Shown: piece by piece, positions 35,883 through 48,985 of the stretch
How positions within the stretch are numbered: the first letter of the stretch is position 1
Layout: every line of letters begins with the position of its first letter
Assembly: GCF_964355755.1 (NCBI RefSeq)
Contig: NC_092679.1
Coordinates: forward strand, 15,173,432-15,237,431
Source of the DNA: Antedon mediterranea
Taxonomy: Eukaryota; Animalia; Echinodermata
DNA: 64,000 nt
Direction of reading: 5' to 3'
The notes under the pieces: model-generated
Databases searched by the model: none
What the model was told of the DNA's origin: nothing
Seen by the model: only the letters and a program-made list of their open reading frames with translations
Position numbers and translations under genes: made by a program

Positions 35883-37692
35883 CTGCAATAAAACAAACGA
35901 GTATAATTTAGAAATAATAATAATCCTCACTGAAAAAGAAGTATTATTTTAAACTATAAGGACCCCAATTAAGTAGGTAAATAGAGGTTCCTAAATAAGA
36001 GGTGCTCCGATATTCAAACATATATTTGTTCTAGGGAAAGTGTCCCTTAAATAGAGGTGTTTCAAAAGAGGGGTTATATGGTAGTCAATGAACTGTTGCT
36101 GTGACTTTCAATATTAATTTGAAATAGTAAATACAGTTCATAAAAAAATATTTGAAAAAAAAAAGCGTTTGAGGTTGACCTTCACAAAAAAATATTAAAA
36201 ATGAAACATAGGCTTAGTTTATAAAACAATATTAAGCCGATATTCGACATTATACTCTCCGTTTCGAAACCAACAGTAGGCCCTAAAGTTCATTTAACTC
36301 CTGTGGGCCTAACGTTCTATAGAACATTAAGGGGTTACTCACCCCATGTACCTCATATAACCTTTAAATCAGAATTAGCAATACGTCAGTATTTTGTACT
36401 AATATTGGAATTACAGTATATAAAATGATACAAATAAGCCGTTTAAGTGTTGATATAATTGAACTGGTCGACTTTTTCGGTAAGATTTAAATACGTCGTG
36501 CCATATTTACTATTTTATTGAATTACAGTACAGTGGAATTCTGTTTTAAAATGTCATTTTAATAAAGAAGTCTACTGAATAGGAGTTAGTCGTACTCTCA
36601 ACACATATATGGTATATTGCCTCACGCTCTTTTCACGAGAATTGGTCCATGTAAAAGTGTGTATCCTGAATAGAGCTACGTCCATACTTGGAGATGGTGT
36701 CGTGTTGTTAAATAATGGCAAATCATATAAAGATTTGAACGGCGCCGTCTTCCGTTCCGTGAAACGAAACAAGTGTAAACATAGCTTTATGGTGTCCCAA
36801 AGAAAGGGATTCTACTATAATTGATTTCATTTATATACATTTTATATAAGAACCATGTTATTTTATTTGAAAACAATAGACAAATATTCTGAAATGAAAG
36901 CGTCAAATACGCAATGTTTTCGATCGATTTCCTTCAAGTTGTATATACACGTCCTTGTCCATTCAAACATGCAGTTGTAATTAAAACGTATTGAACACGC
37001 TACGTTATCAAATTAGGATGTACTCAAAATTAGAAAAACGTTTACTGTCAGTGATTCCTATTCTAATTAGGTAGAGTATTTTCCAATATTTTTTACGAAT
37101 TCGATTTTGAATAAATAATAGTAAAAGAATACTTCATTAGGTATCATAATACTGGTTATTAGTACTCTCGTTTTCTTATTGTTGTTATTAGAATATGGGA
37201 TTAGTCACAGATTACATAGTATTGAGTTTTTTGAAGGCGTGTGCTTGCAGTAGTATAACCAATTCGTTGTTTGTTAAGAGCAGTGGTGGCGCCCAGGAGG
37301 TGGGGGAAGAGGGGGAGCCATCCGCCGTCCGGGGAGAGCTGTTTGATTTGCGATGACCTAAGACCCAAAGTATTAATAAGAGCGTTCAAATGTCGTGCAT
37401 CGAAAAGTGTCAATTTTTTTTCTTTGTTTCATTCTGTAGGCCTATATTATTATATTTCATTTCAGAATATAGTAGAGCCTTTCCATTGGGACACTTTCAT
37501 GTGTAAAGAACGAGGAGGAAAAAAATACATTTTTGGCACCCTATTAAAGGTACACTTTGTTTGGTCCAAATACTGTTGTACTAACTAAATGTACCAGAGT
37601 CAACATTGAATTCCTGTTTAGAAATTACATTATTATGGGATACCTTCGGTCCCAACAACACTTAATACGGTACCTCCTGGCCGTAAGTTTTA

Positions 37693-37833
37693 AGCCCTGT
37701 CTACACTTTCAAACTTTATACGGCAAGAAGGGATGAGACCATTATATAGACACGATGATGTCATATCACTACCATATTTAGACACATAACTACCATATTT
37801 GGGCACATCACATTTGTTAGGGTAGATAGAGCT
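37693..37833. mobile_element. MITE family AGCTCTGTCTACAC, copy 3 (in the Nkx2.2 intron)
   Basis: Same body with degenerate TIRs. Confidence 0.7.
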
Positions 37834-40103
37834 TAAAACAAACATTGCCTCGTCTCGTAATTTGAGTTTCTTTCTATCCCTTGCTATACTACGGTATATG
37901 TCATTGGTATTTTAAATAGTTTATACTAGGTTACTGACTTTTACTAAACGATAAAGTAAAGCCCGGTGGCTTATTTATTGAAAGTTTTGTCGGTCTATGT
38001 TTTTCTTATTAGCAAATTCAACGTGATTTTGATGTTTTATAGTTTACAAATCTGATTTAAATTTGTCCAAGAAGGAGTATGCAAAACTAAGACACGTTAT
38101 GCAATTCCCTATGGCAACACATGACATTGTATACTACCCTACTTTACCTCAAACAAGAACGAAAATAAAAGTTTCTAAAAGCAAATACAACCAAAACATT
38201 AATTCATGTAGTGTCAATTAACTAAAAGGGAAATCAATTTGTGCTTATTTGTTTGAAGTGGTGGGAAATGAATTTGATCAGATGCATACGTATTTGACAT
38301 AAACGCTACATTTTAGGATTGCTACGAAATTATAAGATTAATACTTCATTTTAAATGTTTATATTCGTCAGTATAAGGAAACACATAATGTGCTCGATTC
38401 TTAACTTTGAGATATACCTAAAGTATTGACCGAGAATTACAGTCGATCAATCTTAATTAACATTGATAGCGGGTTCACAAGAACGTTGAATGCGGCCGGC
38501 TCTGGAACTATCCACAAGCACTTGAAAGCAAAAGGACAGGGGAAATATAGATTTACCTGTCGCTAACATGAATCCAAATGCCCGTCATTCAATAAAAACA
38601 ACTAACATATAAAACTTCATTTATGTCCGAAGATGTCAAGGAGCACTAGATTTTCTTAAGTTACCGTCGCATCCTAAACCCTTCTCATTGTTTTTTTCAA
38701 GATTGTTTTAATTTTCTACACTTTCGATAGGATTATATAACGTCAGCATTATGTATCAAAGAAACGGTACTCAAATGCGAGTTTGATTCGAGTTGACTTC
38801 GTTCTTTGTCTTGGAGACAATTTTCAAGTGGTTAGTTTCCCCATGAGCTGGATTTCGTGATTTCTAGGCTATCCGCCTTATAACTTCATGACATGAGTTA
38901 GAGGGCGTCCGTGTTTGCTGGTGACTGGTGACATATCAGATGTCTTATTAACTAACATGACATTTAACAGGAATCTTAGGCCATAGTAAACCTAATATTA
39001 AACCTTACAATTCCAAGTAAGTTAGTATGAATAGCATATTATATGACTTCACTTTCTGAGTTTATCTGAGGCTCTTTTCAAAAGTTCGTACAATTACATA
39101 TTATTATATTGTTAATTTTCTGTGTAATTGTTTCTCTTCTTGTTTTTATTTGTATGATTTGTATATGGGTGTACTATCTGAAATAAAGACATGAATGAAC
39201 GAATGAATTAGGACTAAAGATAGATTTTCTTAGTGTCTATTCACACAGTTAATTTGATTTGATTGAATATTTTTCGTGAATTTTACACACCATAATTTAC
39301 TGTAGTGTACACAGTAAGTACTGAAATATTTCCCTTCGTTCGTTTTTATAGTTTGTATAGGTATTTATTATGACCATAATTTTATGGAAGGCCATCTTCG
39401 TAATAAAAGTAAACATAAACATAATAATACCATTAAAAGATAAGCTTTAGAAAGATAAGTTTCTATTCTAAATTTTGTTTTAATATTTAGCTAACTATCT
39501 TGACTGTTTGTCGACAGATCAAAGGTCAGAGAGATAAGCTACAAAAAAACGAATTCTATTCGACAGGGCCAAAAATGTTAATGTTTTCTTTCTATTTAGA
39601 GACTATATATGTGTATGGATACGTTTTATAAAGCAATGCCTAAATTAGATAGTAATTTATATCAAGAGGTTTAAAAACAAAACGATTTTATTTTATTTAG
39701 CCGAGAAATAATCAAAAGAAAAATGTGAGGCCTAGTATAAGGAACAGGTTGAAAAGTATAACATCGTTAACATTCAATTTGAAATACATATAGGCCTAGA
39801 AAATTGTTTCTTTTGATACGACAATTGTACCAGTATTAAATGAAATTAAATTCAGTAAACTCCTAATAGTGGGACACTTTAGGACCCACCAGACGTTGTT
39901 TTAAAACGCATTATTTCTCCTCATTCGTTTTACGGGGAAAGGGACCTCACATTTTAACACACTACTAGAGAACACGCCTTTTCAGAGAGACACCTATAAT
40001 ATTAAGGGGAAACTGTGTTGGGTCACACATCCTCTCCTCTAATCATAATTTTCTATAGTAGTAGGTAGGCTTTAAGCTAAATCGTATCGTTATGTCGAGA
40101 ATA

Positions 40104-40840
40104 TTGTAAACAATAAGACAAAGAAACTAAGGAATTTGGCCTATACATTATTAAAATAAAGTAGGCCTATTGAGTAGCGATTTTGTGGTTATTGTGTCGT
40201 AATAGGCCTACAGACAAACAGTGATATAACCAAATGCACTTGATATTAAACTGTTGTTAAGCAGGTACTAAAATAAACTAAAGTTTACGTTGAGTATCTG
40301 AATTGGTGCTTAAAGCAACCACTCGTGCGCTCTTAGTGTTTGACTTGTTGAAAACATAAGAGGCTGCGGCTTGACTTGGTATTAAGTTAGTTGAGTAACA
40401 CGATAACTGGTCAAGTAGATGTATTAACAGTGCTTTTGGGTGTGATAAGTATAATTTAGGCTATAAGCACTACAATAGAGGGGCTTGTTTACATTTGGAG
40501 CATAATTCAATACTCGATATCCGTGTATAATTATATTAAGCAATACTTGAAAGGCGTTTAGGCGTACTAGAACTTGATAATTTGGCGCGAGACTTGCGTT
40601 TCCACTTAATAGTGCACTGGTTCGTAGGCCTAGCAGACCTACCTTAGTTCCTTTATCGTATTAAATACAGTCCGATAACGTGTCATTCAATGATCAATAG
40701 TTATATTGTACCTATTACTATCTTCTTTATTTAATAGTACTCACAATTATTATAATAATTGTAAACAATATTAAACAAAGAAACTAAGAAATTTGGCCTA
40801 TACATTATTAAAATAAAGTAGGCCTATTGAGTAGCGATTT
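40104..40840. repeat. ~80-bp direct repeat pair (40104-40183 and 40759-40840)
   Basis: TTGTAAACAATA..ACAAAGAAACTAAG.AATTTGGCCTATACATTATTAAAATAAAGTAGGCCTATTGAGTAGCGATTT twice. Confidence 0.85.
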
Positions 40841-41856
40841 ATATAAATGTAAATATTTTAATATAGACCTATTAACTATAGTTAATATATTAAAATATTT
40901 ACATTATTAAATAATTTATAAAATAACATTGTGGAAAAAAAGTATAACAAAAAGTTTAATTAAAACAAAACGTTTGGTAGACCAAAAAATTTAAATTTAA
41001 AAAAACACTAAAACTAATAAACAATATAAATTATTTATAATTAACTAATTTATATAATGCAGATTATTAGATTATTATTAGCCTTAAACAATATTATCAG
41101 TTTAAAAAAAAGGAGCATAGCCTAAAACTAGAAAAAACATATCGCCTACATTTAAAAATAAAATAATTAATTATTGAATGTGAAATCAAACAATTAGACT
41201 TATATATAGCGCCTGTATCCATACTAATATATAACATATATAACACATAATTCTTGTTACTTTTCAAACTTCATTCTGACTGTACCTCACACTCTTAACG
41301 TTATGTTTACTCAGCTGCCGCCTCGTGTTTTTAATCTCTGATTAATCTACACTTTTTAAAATTATTAATTTGTAAACATTAATATAGATGTATTAACTAC
41401 TCTATTGTAGCTGTGGACCATTAGAATACATATACATGAAAGTATAGGCCTACCAAATAGGCCTATATTACTATGCAAAAAGCTAGGCCTAAATGATTGT
41501 GTAATAAACATTGTACTAGGGGAGAATAAAATCACACACTCTTCCCTATTGTAGCCACCCTAGTTGTAGGCTTATACATTAATGTTTTACAATACACATA
41601 CATTTTATAATTTAATGTTTCGTAGGCCTATTGGAGAATTTAAGTCATACACTGTAGGTTAAATAGTTTAATTGTTATTTTACAATACAAATGTGTATAA
41701 AATTAAATTATTTTCTGTTGGCCTATTCGCAGACGTACGCATGATATACAGTATAGAACTTCATTTTATTTTAGTTTATGGACAAACTATCTATTAAGAT
41801 AGATTCAAAGTCAATTTATTCTAGTACTCTAGTATTAGTATTTCCTTATAGGAACA

Positions 41857-41980
41857 CAGTAGAACCTTTCGTGTGGGACATTCCTATTTAGCAGGGTACA
41901 CCCCTATCCAGCATTGGGCACCCCTATTAAAGGGACATATTTCCTATTTAGGGGACGTAATCCCAAATGTCTACCCTGAA
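41857..41980. mobile_element. Tc1/mariner-type MITE fragment with CCTATT(T)AGGGGAC subrepeats
   Basis: CAGTAGAACC start followed by 4-5 degenerate subrepeats. Confidence 0.5.
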
Positions 41981-42410
41981 GTGTAATATCATAAAACTGC
42001 TTTATAATAAATAGGTACAGTCAACTACAACTGTTGAGAATTATTATATTATGCCTCAATTAAACAATATAACTTGAATTTTAATTTGTTTGTATCAGAT
42101 GAATAACCATTTCCCATATCGTCCTCTTATTAAAAACTAGCCTAAAGGATGGTCCTTTCTCATCTCCCATATCATCTAATTTTATTGTTTTTAATTGTAA
42201 TTTATAAATATTTCTTTAAATTTAACTTATGGATGAATAGTTAATTAAAAAATTAACAGGAATTGACTGTTTGCAATGTGATACATTTCATTGTACCATG
42301 AACAAATCAATGTAATAAATAAATATTGATGTTTAAGACAATGGATATTTATTAAAATTGTTTGATATAATGATATAAAATAAAGGTATGTAATTCGTAA
42401 ATGAACCTAC

Positions 42411-42690
42411 CTGCATATTGAATAGGTTCCGATCCTTGTGTTTGTAGCCACCTTGTATACGGATTATCCGAGTTATCATAATAGTTATTCATTCCCCTAT
42501 TCTGGCCGGCAACGATTGCCTCTCGTTGCTCTTGCCTGCCCGCCGGTGTACGTTCGTTAGGCTGTGATTCAATCGGAAGGCTAAGCGGTTGGTTGTGATC
42601 CTTGCTAACATCAGGGGAGATCTGAAGCTCTAGGATATCTTTCACTGAAAAATTTGTTTTTCCGTTCATATTTATGTCCGTCGGATCCAT
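42411..42690 (-). CDS. Nkx2.2: Nkx2.2 (NK2.2/vnd family) homeobox gene, first coding exon
   Basis: ATG at 42690 gives MDPTDINMNGKTNFSVKDILEL (TN/eh1 motif) ... YYDNSDNPYTRWL (Nkx2.2-conserved) ... PIQYA. Phase-1 donor CAG|GTAGGT at 42411/42410; 280 nt. Confidence 0.92.
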
Positions 42691-45394
42691 TAGGAATTTA
42701 TCAGGTTTTCTTTTAATCTGGAAATGAGCAGAAACATAAAAAGATTTTATTTCACGAGGTTCATCAATACGCAATCTGATCACAGTAATCCGAAATAAAC
42801 GACGTTGAACTTGCAGCAAGTTTTACAGTTACGTCAGCTGGAAGACATTTTATAAATTATTAGTGAATATGATTTCTTTAACTTGTTGAATTCATGATGT
42901 TTTAGAAAGAAACGACGAATATGGACAACAATATCAGGGCCGCCAACAGTCAAATTCATATTTGACAAAGATTATGTGAGGGCGCGATGGGCGGTACTTA
43001 GGTGACCGTCTGCAAATATTGCGCGTGAAATCAATTTGTCAATACAACATGCATCCGCCAACCCGTGGGAGTAAACCGTTCCGTTTGTTGAATAAAGGAT
43101 AAGCGAAGTATAATATCTCATAATAAAAGATAATTATTGTAAATTCATACTGATCTGTTGAGCTTTAAACAATTTAATTGAGAATGTTTCTCGATATTGA
43201 TGATCATATAAAAACACAGATTAAACCATAAAGAAAATATATAAAGCATGGTATTAAACAACAAAATATTCCCTTTTCTCACCATCCGATATAGCATAAA
43301 CTAAACCCTATCGCACCCCATCCTCCATTTCTGTTTAACATACCAGATTTGAAACTCATTTATAAAATAAGGTAGGCCAACAATCAAACTTTTCCACAAA
43401 ATTCTCTGACTCAAAACAGCGTTGCAGAACCTTAGAACTTATCATTTTGCCAAATTTATAAATCATGTTCAACTAAGCTTTTAGGCCTAGGCCTGCATAC
43501 AGAGATCACTAAAAGTGTCTTTTCTGTTGGGTATTGACGGGAAAATATAAAATTGGTGTTGTACCGTAGTTGAGCACACTAATTGCTATTCCTATTCTTT
43601 CACCTAATACAATTTCTATATAGAAATCTTTAAAAGAAATATTAACTCGTAAAACCTAATTTTGAAATCATGTTCTCTACGTTTTATAATACATCCTGAC
43701 ACTAATATAACATACTTACCGGTACGACAACCATGTTTGACGCTGATGGGTACACAGACAAAAATGGAAGGTGAGGTGCCTGGAGTTCGCTAATAACGTG
43801 GTGTTGGTTTCAATTGGGATTAAGGAATGATTGAACCCAAAGTATAATTCATTCTGTAATCAGGCCTACGGCCCATTAGCTTGATCGTTGAACACGGAGG
43901 AATTACGTTTTCAAGTACCTATAGAAACGACTTGAAAGGGCACCAATTCTAATAATAATAATAGGAGCATTGATCCGAATGGGCTTAGGTATTATAGGTA
44001 TCCATACGACTAATCCGCTCAATTTAGCTTAAAATGATCACCAACACCCTTCTAAGCCTATCAATTTAACTTTACATTAAAATTGACAATTTCACAAGCT
44101 TATGCTTTTAGGTGCAATTGTGAAGAGTTAATTTACTGAACTCTGTGTCGTTAAATAACCCATGACAAGCAACACGTGTGCCAATTAAGTTAACATAACT
44201 CTAAGTTTAGAAACCTCATTACCAAATTTAAAGAAATAATTAAAAGATGTAATTAAAACTACACAATTGTAGGTTGCCAGCATTGCTATACTTTTAATTG
44301 TTGAAGATGAACTCCTTAAAATCGAAAATTGCACTTGACGAATTATCTACCTAATGTTAATAGCTTGAATGATATAAGGTGCACATTTTCCAACTTTTTT
44401 TAGGAGTTATTTAGTTTTCTGTTTTTATATTACTAGTGCAGTTATGCAATGTAAATTTCATTTATAAAATGGATTAATGTTTGTGACTTGTATTGCAGAA
44501 TGTACCATTCCTGTTTAGGGGTGTTATTGTCATATTTGTACGTACAGAATAACAATTTAATAAATAATAAAGAAAAGAAGAAAGGGAAATAATACCTATA
44601 TAGGAGTTTCATTAATTCACAAATATTTTAAAACCTAATTTATGTAAATGTATGTTATTAATATTCGTTGCAACTAATGTTGTCTTTTCGTTAATTCTAT
44701 TTTATTGAATTATGTTTTTCTTAACTGAAATACATTTTTGGAATTTATTCCTACTTTGCCATTGATTATTATATTAATAAGCAATTATTGTGATTTTTTT
44801 TAAATGTTCGTCCTCCCAAGACTTTTATTTAATATCATATTATCTTTATGAACAAAATTTTGTATAATAATTAATATTCCTAAGAAATAAATGCACTTAT
44901 TTATTTGATTTTCTGATTGCCTCATAATTTGGAATGCTGTTAAAAATATGCGTGAGTCGAGTTTACAAAAAAAATGTTATGTTAAAATCGACAAAAATAA
45001 AGAGAAAATATATTTATCGTTCCTTTTTATACATATATTGAAAATTTGAAAAATTGGTGCGAATTGAACGCGCCACTCACAAGGCGGGGGTGTTGGGCAT
45101 TTATTTTTGATAATTTGATAATTAGTAATCTCTAACCTTATAAATACGCCGGGCACTTACGCCCACTAAAAAATATTACTATCAAATTAAGATTTGTTAC
45201 GGCTCAAATATTCGTTTCGTTTTTATACCATGATATTACTGTATTTATCGTTTAGAAGTTTAAAAATACTATTTAGAAATTAACATTAATCAATTCAATT
45301 CCTTTCAATTCAGATTGCGATCGTGTATCGGCAAATGTTCAAAAAGCGTAATTCCGTAGGCCTATTTAATTAACAATTATCTAAGTATATTTTT

Positions 45395-45512
45395 TTTTCG
45401 TGTTCAAACGCGACTCTCTATATAGCTCACTATGTCGGTTGGTTGGTCGGTCGGTCGGTAAACACTAACTCGAATTTTCTCACGCAACTGCAGCCATGTT
45501 TATGGCCTTGTT
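45395..45512 (+). mobile_element. Helentron-associated (HINE/DINE-1-like) element
   Basis: T-run flanks, ACGCGACTC, (GGTC/GGTT)n microsatellite, sub-terminal CACGCAACT, 3' hairpin GCCATGTTTATGGC, CTTGTT end. Confidence 0.65.
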
Positions 45513-46363
45513 TAAGTTAATGACACGTCAACTTTTTGTAAGTCCATAACCTGTAATAATACTTCTTATTACTTGTAAAAAAGTAAAAGTATGTAATTTT
45601 AATAAAGTACCTGTTACCAGCATGAGTGTAAACAAATTAGGTTGATTCAAAAACTCGAAAAATTGCAGACGGATTAGAATAAGTAGAACATAGGAAGTTG
45701 TTTGTAGGATAGGAGACGATCACTTCCTGTATTTTAACATGATCCAACTGACCGGCAGAAATAAGTCGTTTCGATCGGTTAGTCTAGGCCAGGTTATCAC
45801 TTGTGGACACTTTACCTTGGCATTAGGTATGAGCTTCCGTTTGATGGCCAGAAACAATACAACACAAGTAAAAATAACCCCTATTAAAATATTAGCGCCC
45901 GTCGACAAAAATAAATGATTTGTGAGGTTTTTATTTCTCACTGGACGGGGCTTAGTGAGTGGATTGACTGTGTTGAAAGAGATGTTTAACCTTTTATTAC
46001 CCGAGAATATAAAAGTGATTGCTTGGAAATAATAATATAAATGTAATATTTATAGAAATGTCACATATTTGTATTTATTCTCACCTTCCAAAAATAAAAA
46101 CAAATTATAAAAAGTTTAAGCATGTAATTTTCGGGTTTTCTACTTAGTATTATTTTTATTTAAAAAATGCAGATTTGAAAACGCCGAGATTTAAAAAGCG
46201 TGAAAATAATACATTGATTTATAGAGAGGGATATTGTTTCGTGAAAAGCAGCTTTATTCAATAAAATGCGATTTAACGTTTGTAACACCGTCGAAACTGT
46301 CTTTCTTCTATAAATATACTTCAATCGCAGTGATTACAATAACAAGGATGAAGGCTTGTCTAA

Positions 46364-46500
46364 AGCTCTGTCACTATCAAACTTTATGTGACAAATAAAA
46401 TATGATGTGCCCATATATGGACACGATGACGTCATATCACTACCATATTTAGGTACATCATACTTGTTTGTCAAACTAGTTTGATAGTGTAGACAGAGCT
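46364..46500. mobile_element. MITE family AGCTCTGTCTACAC, copy 4
   Basis: AGCTCTGTC.ACTATCAAACT ... AGTTTGATAGTGTAGACAGAGCT flanked by TAA/TTA. Confidence 0.8.
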
Positions 46501-47722
46501 TTAGATTTACGTGAGTTACTACCAAGCATCTTCGTTTGAGGTTTAAGTAACTTTGACAGATATAAAATGATGACCCAAAATGTTATATTTTAAAACCATC
46601 TGAACTTAATCACAGGCCAATTCGTCAATCAATTATCAATCAAATATAGATCAATGAATTACTAAATAAATCCACCATTTCATTTTATAAGGCCGATATT
46701 TCCGACATTGAGTATTTGAATGATGGTAGAAAAATATAGCACAGTCAATCATAAAAACAATTTCCGACATTTTGATTCTTTGTCAATGACAGTGAAAGAT
46801 TGATAGAAATAAAATCGAAAGTAGAGATTGGTAACGACTGTTTTTAAAGCATGTTTATATTAAGACGGTACCAAACGACGATAAATAGATGAATGTACAT
46901 TTTGTCCATAACAAAAGAAATGTTTTCAGCACAGATAGGATAAGATATTATATTGTCTTCAATGAAAATAATATTTTCACAAGTCAACAAAGCAAGAATA
47001 CTCAGAAATCAACCGATGCAATGGTAAAAAAGAACAAAAACATTCATAGAATACAACGATGTATTTGTAGACCTATTTAATTTTTATTTGGTATATTAAA
47101 ATAAATTTTAAAAGAAACTCATGATGATCTAGCAATTGGCGATTGTAAACAATGTATGGAATTCATTGTTATATGTTTCTTTTGAACCGATAAGATCGTT
47201 ATTAATTACTTAATTAATTTTATGATCTAATTTCAAACATCTCCCAAATTATTCCTTTATGAATTGTGTATATTTGTGTTGTTGTAAAGCAACGGCAGAT
47301 GTATGGTGAACTTTGTATCGGTTGATCTGATAAGTTCTCCTTCTGACTGACAGCTAAGCTATTTTAAAGCAAAATGTTGAGGTGAAGGTTAGGCTACTAT
47401 TTGCCTGGCCTACCAAATCATTTTAATACAAACTGTATGTTTGTTTATCTGTGTTTTCCTGCACTAATTTACGATATTACTCGATTGACACGGAGCCCCT
47501 ATTAACACACCACCCCCGCTAGTTTTACAAAACCATTTCTAGTAAAATAAAGGAAGAAAATATTTAAAAAAAAATTATTATTATGATGCGCTGAAGTATT
47601 TAAGTAAATGTTTCTAAAGTTAAAATATTATAAGGGGAAACATAGTGGCTTACTAAAATGTAGTTTGCGAATTCGTCATTACACATTTGGTGAAATAGAG
47701 GGCGCTATACAAAGCCGCGATC

Positions 47723-47745
47723 CAGAGCCATATATAATGGCTCTG
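47723..47745. mobile_element. 23-bp palindromic insertion with an 8-bp TSD (hAT-like minimal element)
   Basis: CCGCGATC|CAGAGCCATATATAATGGCTCTG|CCGCGATC. Confidence 0.7.
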
Positions 47746-48459
47746 CCGCGATCGTAAATTTTGAAGAAAAAAAACCCCCATTTTTTCCAATCGCTTTTTA
47801 TAACCGACAATGCAATTATTTTGAATACACACAGTGTGAACATTACGGCATAATCAAAATGGTGATGAAAATCTTGGTTTTGTGTTACAAAATCAATGAT
47901 TCGTGTACCAGGCTAGACGCCAAATTGTTTTGTAGGTGGCCGTTAAAGTGCACTAACAAGCTTCAAAACAGAAACCAAGCTAAGCTAAATTCAAATCGTA
48001 ACAAAGTTCAAACTAAAAATATCTAATAATACATTAGTAACGTCACTGTGATTTTAAATCGTTACCTATGTCAATAAAATGTCAATAACTTTCACAAACT
48101 AATGATTTCATTGAATACACCAGCCTCGCCTTTAAACACATTTTGGCCATTATCACTAGTAATTATGTGCCATATAATATATATGGAATCGCTATTATAT
48201 GGCACGATTGTTTTCTCAGTGGATTGCATTAAAACATTAAAATTTAAAACTGGCGTCATGCATTATGAACCGTATTTTGCAATGGCAATAAAGTCATTTA
48301 ATATACAAACATAATACTGTAAATATGTAGTTATTCAATAGAGTATACCACGAGTTATAAATAGACTATACACGACGAACAGATAAAGCTAGTTATTTTG
48401 AATAAATTGAGACAAGAAACACTCATGGTAAGAAATACAGACCCGTGGAGATAGTCTGG

Positions 48460-48985
48460 CTAAACGTTTGATTGCAAATTTGGAGTTTGCTCTAGATTTC
48501 TAGTGTAGACTTCTGCAAAGTGTTCTGCGGGTTGTCGAAGTTACAGAAATTACTCCTTAGTCTGGCATGTACTCTTACATAATCACATGACTGCATAGTG
48601 TAATTTGATTGGCCTAACTTCTGCCAACTAATTTTCTGCGGTTTGGAAAGTGGTTGTTGCTATAGTTTGCAAACTACTAAAGTTTGCTTTACTAATTGGT
48701 TAGATATGCATATTTTAACAAACTCCGTGTTTGACAAGATAAGTTTACTATTGTAGAGAACAGTTGACAAACAAATTAAGGAACACTAGTTTGGAGAAGT
48801 TAGGCCATAAACTAGTTGTTTGTGAAGGCGGCCAATCAAATCATAGTCTTTGCAGTCATGTGCTTCTGCGGATGGATAACATTACAGCCTCAAGACCAAG
48901 GAGTTACTTTTATAATCCTTGTAGAGACAGTTTTAACTTCGCCAACAAGTGGCAGACTCGCATTGCTCCAATCAAAATGTTTGTT
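48460..48985. mobile_element. Old ~520-bp foldback/MITE remnant
   Basis: Nested inverted matches: CACATGACTGCA/TGCAGTCATGTG, TTTGATTGGCC/GGCCAATCAAA, GGCCTAACTTCT/AGAAGTTAGGCC, ACTCCTT/AAGGAGT. Confidence 0.6.

Larger units (their letters stand above)
35883..42410 (-). other. Nkx2.2: Nkx2.2 phase-1 GT-AG intron (~6.5 kb)
   Basis: GTAGGT donor and polypyrimidine-CAG acceptor join the two exons in frame. Confidence 0.85.

Noticed and set aside
35147-35930. ORFs 35147+, 35367+, 35667+ and 35649-
   Set aside because: Antisense or off-frame shadows of Nkx2.2 exon 2.
36741-36750. GGCGCCGTCT as a BMP/Smad response element
   Set aside because: It lacks the canonical 5-nt spacer between GGCGCC and GTCT and is a single short match.
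42352-42819. 155-aa ORF as a complete protein
   Set aside because: It uses a non-ATG start and reads through the splice donor; only 42411-42690 is supported as coding.
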